Positions 60,101-64,000 of a DNA stretch of 64,000 bases are shown here, in pieces (position 1 is the first letter of the stretch; each line of letters begins with the position of its first letter). The notes under the pieces are model-generated. The model saw nothing but the letters and a program-made list of their open reading frames with translations. It ran no database searches and was not told the DNA's origin. The stretch is from Nymphaea colorata (lineage: Eukaryota). Position numbers and translations under genes: made by a program. The stretch is taken from positions 22,072,001 through 22,136,000 of the forward strand of contig NC_045138.2 of NCBI RefSeq assembly GCF_008831285.2, given 5' to 3'.

Positions 60101-61703
60101 AGCTTGACAGATATCTAGATGACACCAATGCAACTTCACCATGGTATACAAAACAAACCTGTTGGCAATTCTTAGCATTGTAGTATCAACTATTACATCC
60201 CTTATTAAGAAAAGCAGATGAATATCAACCCTGATTTAAGGTAAATTTACAAATCAGCCACAGAGATAATCACAATTGAGGACATGGATTTGGTAATGAC
60301 TACGCATCAAGCCATCTCTCTCTCTCTCTCTCCCTCTCTCTCTTTTGGTCTTTGGGCCAGTTGTTGGAAGCCGGAGCTTCTCCTTCAGTTTCAAATCAGT
60401 GCACTGTCCAGACCATCATTCCATCATTTTGCTTCTCGTTCTAGAGGGCAACTTGTTGGAAGTAATAGCATCCTTTAGTGTTCAAAGCCGGCAGCCAGTC
60501 CAGACCACCATTCCACCATTTTGCTTCTCGTTCTATAGAACTAGCTGTTGGAAGCTGCAACATCCCTTTCACTTTTCGATGCCAGCAGGCTGTCCGAACC
60601 ATGTCTACTTAGTGCTGGACAAATTACTGCCTGACCTTCAAAACCCCACCCATAGATACCATAATTTGAAAAGAAAGAATGTGACATCTGCGCTTGTCTC
60701 TGTATACAATGTGTGTGCATGCACGAGAGAGAGGGGGAGTCATTAACCCAGACGAGAAAGGAGTTGGAGGTCATTCATTTCCCTAGTCAAGAAAACATAG
60801 ACATGGAGATAATTTTCCAATGAAACTGCAGATGCAGTTGGACAATGAACTTTCTAATGGAGGTAAAACATCAAGCTTTATAGGTAGGACAGACCCAACA
60901 AGAATCAGACATCATCTCCAAACAGCCAGGAAAAATATCTACTTTCCAACTTCATATAGCCAACACAAACATTCTGACTCGGTAACATGATAATCTAGAG
61001 GTCACATCCATGCAGGCTTTTAAGCAATAATAAACAAGTTCATTTCTTTGTACCAAGACATGCAATATCATTTACAAGTTAATAAACTTCACAATAACCA
61101 TAAAATAAGCCCCAAGCACATCACCTCCTCTAGCGTAACAGTTTCCGCAACTGACACTAGCGATTCATGTCCCTGTCTTTGATCCATAACAGTATGACCA
61201 AGTGCATCACTCTCCATTATGAAGTCAAGATTGTCAACAGAAGGCACATTGTCAATCATTGCTGCCAGCTGTTCACTGTCTTTTAGGAGTGCATCCATAT
61301 AACGAGCCAACTCTCCCTTTGTAACACCAAATACCTTGAGCCTTCTAACCTGAATAAATAAACATTTATGCAGGGAGGGAAAAGGAAAAAGTGGAAAAGA
61401 GGGCTTTGATGCATTGAGAAAACCCTACACTTTGCAATATGCACTTTCAATGAGTATTCAAAACAAACTATTCATTCTTGAAGTCTGAAAATCAAAATAA
61501 GAACATAGCAACAGCATGTTGCATGTGGAGGTTCCATGCACAAAAGAAATTGGGTTCCAACAGCAAACCTCCTGAACGGCAACTTTAACTGCACTTCGCC
61601 AGTTTCTAGGCTCTGCAGTTACAGTAAGAGTGGTGACGGTGCATCCTTCCCTTCCCGAATCACTATGATCCAACTCAATTGAAGTAAAAGGAGGATTTGA
61701 GCT
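7868..61703 (-). CDS. SPP: Stromal processing peptidase, chloroplastic (M16 metallopeptidase), 3' portion; 15 coding exons joined, 5' part outside the window
   Basis: Exons with splice consensus join in frame (2208 bp, 735 aa plus stop). Peptides [60 protein letters not shown] and the C-terminus [12 protein letters not shown] are recognised as plant SPP. Confidence 0.95.
8236..8383 (-). CDS. SPP: SPP exon (DISCIRDL...PPGEDS)
   Basis: CAG acceptor, GTATG donor, 148 bp. Confidence 0.9.
8549..8650 (-). CDS. SPP: SPP exon ([12 protein letters not shown]...SVPRK)
   Basis: CAG acceptor, GT donor, 102 bp. Confidence 0.92.
9696..9776 (-). CDS. SPP: SPP exon ([14 protein letters not shown]...RELDR)
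   Basis: CAG acceptor, GT donor, 81 bp. Confidence 0.88.
9869..9989 (-). CDS. SPP: SPP exon ([10 protein letters not shown]...TSTPGK), followed by a GC donor
   Basis: CAG acceptor, AAG|GCATGT donor, 121 bp, restores phase 0. Confidence 0.88.
10663..11966. mobile_element. hAT-like non-autonomous Pack element carrying a captured gene fragment
   Basis: TIR core TTGTCACAAAAAACG at both ends, subterminal CG(C/G)GTATTATACG motifs, degenerate 8-bp TSD CACAAGAT/CTTAAGAT, no transposase. Confidence 0.7.
11318..11785 (-). pseudogene. CLO: Fragment of U5 snRNP GTPase CLO/GFA1 (EFTUD2/Snu114), frameshifted
   Basis: [57 protein letters not shown], then [42 protein letters not shown] across frameshifts. 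Confidence 0.85.
12230..12510 (+). pseudogene. Highly degraded copia integrase-core remnant
   Basis: Broken-frame peptides [39 protein letters not shown]; boundaries approximate. Confidence 0.55.
12957..13089 (-). CDS. SPP: SPP exon (...[19 protein letters not shown])
   Basis: CAG acceptor, GT donor, 133 bp; phases fit the neighbouring exons. Confidence 0.88.
15514..15882. mobile_element. hAT-like MITE (CTAAGTCAC/CTATGTCAC TIR family)
   Basis: Ends CTAAGTCACATGG ... CCATGCAACTTAG, GTACCC subterminal repeats, 8-bp flanks CGAGATTG/CAAGATGG (6/8). Confidence 0.65.
16885..18087. mobile_element. hAT-like non-autonomous element, same TIR family
   Basis: Ends CTATGTCACACAGG ... CCCTGTGACTTAG, GGTGC subterminal repeats. 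Confidence 0.65.
18096..18670. mobile_element. hAT-like MITE, same TIR family, 8 bp from the previous element
   Basis: Ends CTAAGTAACACAGG ... CCATGTGACATAG. Confidence 0.65.
18772..18967. mobile_element. Short hAT-like MITE
   Basis: Ends CAGAGGCGGAG ... CTCTGCCCCTG; weak 8-bp flank match (5/8). Confidence 0.55.
19027..19099. repeat. Tandem duplication, 2 x 36-37 bp
   Basis: TATACACATTATCACCTC(A)GATTC(A/G)GGAGTTTGTAGG twice. Confidence 0.85.
19268..19344. repeat. Tandem duplication, 2 x about 38 bp
   Basis: CATCTTGTGTA......ACATACTATAGGCATCAGAC twice. Confidence 0.8.
19522..19648 (-). CDS. SPP: SPP exon ([13 protein letters not shown]...)
   Basis: CAG acceptor, GTATG donor, 127 bp, phase-1 end. 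Confidence 0.9.
19884..19925. repeat. (TG)n microsatellite
   Basis: About 21 TG units seen directly. Confidence 0.9.
20021..22632 (-). mobile_element. Ty1/copia element B: rearranged, internally deleted sibling of A
   Basis: 165-bp LTRs (20021-20185, 22468-22632, 1 mismatch), TSD TCCTT, PBS and PPT intact; gag-PR-IN absent; 21661-22032 inverted relative to A. Confidence 0.96.
20193..21668 (-). pseudogene. Uninterrupted RT-RNase H reading frame of element B, with no ATG at its 5' end
   Basis: 491 codons with [19 protein letters not shown] and CDN motifs; opens at a GTG formed by the inversion junction. Confidence 0.85.
22840..23802. mobile_element. hAT-like non-autonomous element, related in reverse orientation to 32442-33752
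   Basis: Ends CTCTGTCACACGGGTAC ... GTACCCATGTGACATAG; internal GGCGGCGAGCGGCGA repeats. Confidence 0.72.
23953..24403 (+). mobile_element. TRIM (terminal-repeat retrotransposon in miniature)
   Basis: Diverged direct repeats TGTAACACCC..ACA (23953-24133, 24212-24403), PBS-like TGGTAACAGAGC, purine tract AAAAGGAGGTGGA, about 78-bp non-coding interior, flanks AAGGG/AGGGG. Confidence 0.8.
26755..26907 (-). CDS. SPP: SPP exon (VSIVGDF...LQSQQ)
   Basis: CAG acceptor, GTAAG donor, 153 bp. Confidence 0.92.
27700..28890 (+). mobile_element. Old degraded copia remnant (LTR-like region, PBS-like site, decayed gag)
   Basis: TGGTGTCAAAGC near 28053 and broken-frame [13 protein letters not shown] gag peptide near 28327; ends not resolvable. 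Confidence 0.4.
29129..29356 (-). CDS. SPP: SPP exon ([12 protein letters not shown]...GDNME)
   Basis: CAG acceptor, GT donor, 228 bp. Confidence 0.92.
32442..33752. mobile_element. hAT-like non-autonomous element inserted in the PBS of element C
   Basis: TIR CTATGTCACATGGGTAC / GTACCCGTGTGACGTAG; perfect 8-bp TSD GGTATCAG (32434-32441, 33753-33760). Confidence 0.92.
34376..35264 (+). pseudogene. RT C-terminus and RNase H remnant of element C
   Basis: [41 protein letters not shown]; frameshifted near 34680. Confidence 0.88.
35750..35887 (-). CDS. SPP: SPP exon ([16 protein letters not shown]...HMVLE)
   Basis: CAG acceptor, GT donor, 138 bp; translated by hand. Confidence 0.9.
37100..42232 (+). 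mobile_element. Ty1/copia element E, full length, nested in the gag of D
   Basis: 277-bp LTRs (37100-37376, 41956-42232, 2 mismatches), TSD GAACC, PBS TGGTATCAGAGCC at 37377, PPT GAGGGGGG. Confidence 0.97.
37645..41961 (+). CDS. Intact copia gag-pol polyprotein (1438 aa)
   Basis: Single ORF: gag, [14 protein letters not shown] knuckle, DSGAA protease, integrase core, RT YVDD, RNase H DADWAG/CDN. Confidence 0.95.
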   Translation: MDQPTPSLLSSSFLSQLISQKLNHSNYLTWKRQIVPFIKSHRLYGHIDGTTPAPPKYIYREVKKTVVGDQAIGASAESETSIEYDTLTESNPEYDVWLAHDQSLVAYITSTLSEEVLGRIDDDLTALELWSTLATTYSQVSEARFLQLRRQFQDIKRGTRTVLEYLNEIKNVSDQLAAIGHPVSDKDKVQQALSGLGTEFDIFCTALEVLPILPSFEDLKAKLFQHEASRVQRQNLTSPNSHNVLITGTHALQGNRTRPWTPQAGMGRGILPTPPSMNTTVATSRRVPTCFYCNKRGHVKSECWHNPQNKNNQVRRENKAAAGSVSSSSSSNPTSNVSSEVQQLLMTALSKLHLKQNEQGEWYVDSGAAAHVTGDTGTLSSVFPYLDQGSVVMGDGSHHTISHIGNAQISMGSSSIPLKDVLVVPSVKKNIISVSKLIDDTHSFVEFTPSSVYVKDARTKRTFAEGTRKGDMYVLEEAPKLSKSHSSDPSFSIHSEINVAEYNKPSIWHGRLAHCSQSFVRSLVADGLLDKSSLSSVSESSMCSSCHLCKSHALPFQLINKRASKVFDTIHSDVWGPAPIPSSSGSRYYVIFIDSYSRYTWIHFIKHKSEVFCLFTQFHALVRNKYSSNIVHFQCDGGGEFTSNEFTEYLLDNGITRQTSCPHTPQQNGIAERKHRHIVESALSMMHDTDLPMTLWTEAFHTAVHVINRLPLALLDGKSPFFLLHQEQPCYEDVRVCGCVCYVHVDVSLRNKFQDRAVLCRFIGYAENYKGYRCYNPKTGRVHISRHVVFYESRLQDSKATSLTLKDKNEVYDTWLHAEILRQGAEKLNKHKEQAVNEPETPVGSSLDSVPPFPQPNDSPPYNRFSGLVYSRRSVPTAEPTAVPRQSQRVRHPIDRWVSYNTFSLDFQLFMTEVNKKVEPKSYHHASKEKCWVEAMNEEMAALHECQTWQIVPRPNTKNVVGSKWVYKLKYKPDGSIDRHKARLVARWFTQQYGEDYDETFSPVIKMGTIRVIISLAVSYGWPLYQLDVTNAFLHGILKEEVYMEQPPGYTTHDPQQWVCKLQKSLYGLKQASRSWFDRFSHHIQQVGFLRSSLDHSLFIYHSGEATTWLLIYVDDIVITGNSTSHISYVKNMLKQEFKMKDLGELRYFLGVELDRTNDRLTLTQHKYTLDVLDRAGMTNCKPITTPSVLNTKLTSSDGTAAYSDPTFYRSIVGMLQYLTFTRPDIVYAVNQISQFMHAPTEGHMDAAKRILRYLKASLGDGLVYTKCPNLSLGHSIYTYTDADWAGDPDDRRSVSGFCLFLDSNLICWSSKKQRAVARSNTEAEYRAMAAGTAEASWLRHLLGELNLPIAQSSLLCDNQSAIKIAFNPILHNRTKHIEIDQHFIRQKVEEAEIVPTYISTSEQIADIFTKGLTGQHFWDLKNKLCMVKSHAQLEGGC
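42238..46290 (+). pseudogene. Remainder of element D gag-pol, disrupted
   Basis: Successive ORF fragments covering gag CCHC, PR, IN, RT and RH, with in-frame TAG stops at 42973, 43906 and 44338 plus frameshifts. Confidence 0.92.
47131..47280 (-). CDS. SPP: SPP exon ([18 protein letters not shown]...FSREQ)
   Basis: TAG acceptor, GT donor, 150 bp; not in the ORF track, translated by hand. Confidence 0.9.
48033..48457. mobile_element. AT-rich hAT-like MITE
   Basis: Perfect 15-bp TIR CATAGCCACAAATAT; 8-bp flanks GTCTAAAT/ATATAAAT (6/8). Confidence 0.75.
48816..49028 (-). mobile_element. tRNA-derived SINE
   Basis: A-box TGGCTTAGCTGG, B-box-like GGTTTGATTC, A-rich tail, 17-bp TSD TTATACAGGCAACTTAG/TTATACAGACAGCTTGG (14/17). 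Confidence 0.75.
49692..49862 (-). CDS. SPP: SPP exon (LDVPKEL...GIPVNYK)
   Basis: CAG acceptor, GT donor, 171 bp. Confidence 0.92.
50417..50788. mobile_element. Degenerate AT-rich MITE with AGTCACAAA ends
   Basis: Inverted ends AGTCACAAA / TTTGTGACT; TSD not resolved. Confidence 0.4.
50940..51640 (+). pseudogene. Old copia gag remnant split by a MITE
   Basis: [30 protein letters not shown] before the MITE and [11 protein letters not shown] after it. Confidence 0.55.
51053..51389. mobile_element. hAT-like MITE (CTATGTCAC family)
   Basis: Ends CTATGTCACATGG ... CTGTGTGACTTAG, TCTAAAA on both flanks. Confidence 0.72.
52116..53511. mobile_element. PIF/Harbinger-type non-autonomous Pack element
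   Basis: Perfect 17-bp TIR GGCCACGTTTGATGGCC, TAA on both flanks (52113-52115, 53512-53514), no transposase. Confidence 0.9.
52559..53293 (+). pseudogene. DVR: Captured internal fragment of 3,8-divinyl chlorophyllide a 8-vinyl reductase (DVR/PCB2)
   Basis: 245 uninterrupted codons: [80 protein letters not shown]. Lacks the transit peptide, the N-terminal GxxGxxG motif, the C-terminus and a proper ATG. Confidence 0.92.
53872..54075 (-). CDS. SPP: SPP exon (VNAVGA...EAEPE)
   Basis: CAG acceptor, GT donor, 204 bp. Confidence 0.92.
54737..59585 (-). mobile_element. Ty1/copia element F, degenerate and gag-less
   Basis: LTRs 54737-54954 and 59364-59585 (about 5 substitutions plus GA-repeat slippage), TSD ATATA, PBS 59352-59363, PPT at 54955. 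Confidence 0.94.
54962..58277 (-). pseudogene. Disrupted pol (PR-IN-RT-RH) of element F
   Basis: [27 protein letters not shown] and CDNKAA fragments with several stops and frameshifts. Confidence 0.9.
60406..60567. repeat. Diverged tandem duplication, about 92-bp period
   Basis: GTCCAGACCA(T/C)CATTCCA(T/C)CATTTTGCTTCTCGTTCTA..TGTTGGAAG twice. Confidence 0.75.
61125..61349 (-). CDS. SPP: SPP exon (VRRLKVFG...VTLEE)
   Basis: CAG acceptor, GT donor, 225 bp. Confidence 0.92.
61569..61703 (-). CDS. SPP: SPP exon (SSNPP...VAVQE)
   Basis: CAG acceptor, GT donor, 135 bp. Confidence 0.92.
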
Positions 61704-64000
61704 CTGCAAACCAGTCTTAAAAGCATAAATAGCTAGACAACAGAAGAAAAACAAAGATATTCTTCTGAAAAGCAATAAACTTGAGAATTTCACCCAGCCA
61801 AAGGACTTCCATGAGAAATATAGAGCATTTTAACAACTAAAGAAAGAGATCAACTTAACATGCAACAGCCATACAGACAAGCTTATTAAGGATGGGACCA
61901 GCTTACTGAAAATTTGACTTCAACAGTCACCAAATGATTATGCAGCAGAAAATGGGCACCAAAGCCAAGTGGGAGAATAAGAATCCATTGATTTAATTAC
62001 TAGAAAGCTGCTGTTCATAACAACATAATTTGTACAATGAATAGTGGGATATTTATACAAGAGAAGAGTGGAAAGGCTAGAGTGAACTAGCCGTTGGACT
62101 AGTTCCAACGGCTCATAAAAGAGCTGTTGGGACTAGACAACGGCTAGAACAAAGAACAAATAACGAAAATGATAAACCTAAAAGGCTCTACAAAAGGTGA
62201 CCTATTAACAATAATATTAGTACATATATCAGACTCTAGTTATATATGTAACGTACATACATAAATATAGGTAATATAAGCATACATGAACCCTATTTCT
62301 TAATACTTACCTGTGGCACCTCTCCCATTACCTTGGATTTCATGAATTATTTGCAGCTAGACAAAATGTGGCATGGAACAACTTGTGAGACAGTTTAAGT
62401 CACAAATTAAATTTTTAGACTAATGAAAGGACATTTACTTTCTCTTTTTTTAACCAATAAAAATGTTTTTTTTTTCAACTAAAAGCACTTTTCATGAAAA
62501 TGACAAATTTATCAAAGGCTTAGGTAATAGTAACACAAAATAGGTGTTCAAACCCCCAGGTCCAAACATGTCTACATGCATTACCATGGGTAACAAAATG
62601 GTTATTCATGTAATCATTTGCAGGAAAGAACAAAGTTTAAGAGATGTGTATGAATACCAATTGCAGAAGAATTATTTGACATGAAAATAACAAATTTATC
62701 CAAATCTAGAAAGAATATAAAAGGCATTCGAATCTGCATGTTCAAAAGACATGAACATGTGCTGGCTAGGTTATTAAAAATGGAAGGGGAGCCCCATTCA
62801 GCTACTTAATTGTGCACATTCTAGAGTGTGGGTCTTCCTTGAAGGGGAAAAAGAGTGCGACGCAAGGTCCTAACATTTCATCCATAGCAGCAGTTTGAGA
62901 ATAGTGTCATATCTAAGAAATTTGCAATGATGATGTTCATATGTAGTTAGGGTCTAATTACTATCTCGCATCTTGGACTATAGCCCTTTGAGGTGCTAAA
63001 CTGAAACAGACCATGAGGCATGTTAAAACCTGCCAGATGGGATGCTTATTCAGTTGTTCGTGAAAATCATCATATAAATTGTATGAAAACTCATCCAAAT
63101 CTCGAGCCTAGGCAAAAAAAAAAAATGTGAGGATGCATTTTCATCAGGAGGGGGAGTTTACAACATCTCATGCATTAGAATGGCTTGGAAACAATTTTAT
63201 ATTAAGAAATTTAAAGAACATGGTGCTCAGGTTATAACATCTCGTACATTAGTATGCCTTGGAAGCAACTGTATAATCAGAAATTCAACCAAAATAAAAT
63301 GAAGCCCATTATATGCTTTTCCGAAGAACTACCTTTTTTGTCCTAAATGGCCTTTTCTAAATGTTGAAGTGAAGTACACTACCAAAGGAGCTGAGATATG
63401 CCAAGCCAGGTGCTCAGGTCAATTTTGGGCTGTTGGTACGTTTGAACCTTCCTCTTTGAAGTTTGAAGTTAAGCTGGCCATTGGGCATATCTTGTCACAA
63501 GAGATAACCATGCAAACGTTCAAATCATTAAAAGATTAATAGTCCTCCATGCAGGTCCATTCGATAGTTTGGATATAAGTCCTCAGGATAATAAAATTTC
63601 CGATTATCTTAGGTAATTCCCACTTGCATTATTCAAAGTGAAATGTTTTATCTGGATAAAGTGTCTGCCATTCATCCCAAAATAAGGATTTCAATTTCTT
63701 GTGCTTGTGGGTGTTATAATTTCCCCTCAAATAAAAGGTTAACATGCCTTGAAATAATGCTACATACTCTCTATCCCAAGCATGAAAAAAAGATTTAGTA
63801 CAGAGTCAGTTATCCTGAATAACTATACATTGGAAACCAAATACCCCACTCAGATGCCTAAGTGTGTTAAAATTTTCACCCTAGCTGAAATATTCACCTG
63901 ACTTCCGCTGATGGTTAGATCATTCTTTTACTCAAACACTAAAAGTTTTAGCCTAAAGATAATTTGCCCTACACAAATTTAACATGAAGATAAGTCATTC

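Noticed and set aside
62089..62113. Hairpin AGCCGTTGGA-CTAGT-TCCAACGGCT as a miRNA or terminator
   Set aside because: 10-bp stem is too short for a plant pre-miRNA; likely part of a decayed LTR whose ends I could not define.
61704..64000. Further upstream SPP exon
   Set aside because: No SPP-like peptide with splice sites found; treated as intron continuing past the window.

Overview
Plant (angiosperm) nuclear DNA. The window holds the 3' part of one minus-strand gene, chloroplast stromal processing peptidase (SPP, M16 family): 15 coding exons, 2208 bp in total, spread over about 54 kb and ending at the stop codon at 7868. The 5' part of the gene lies beyond the window. Its introns and downstream region are filled with transposons: six Ty1/copia LTR elements with intact target-site duplications (one nested in another, one with a complete 1438-aa ORF), a TRIM, a tRNA-derived SINE and many hAT-like non-autonomous elements. 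Highlights: (1) a PIF/Harbinger-type Pack element carrying an uninterrupted 245-codon piece of the chlorophyll-synthesis gene DVR/PCB2, antisense inside an SPP intron; (2) a hAT-like Pack element carrying a CLO/EFTUD2 fragment; (3) two nearly identical young copia siblings with reciprocal defects, one rearranged so that 372 bp around the gag start is inverted; (4) a hAT element inserted exactly into a retrotransposon primer-binding site; (5) a gag-less copia lineage with a conserved, covarying leader palindrome. All coordinates, mismatch counts and homology calls were made by eye, without database searches.
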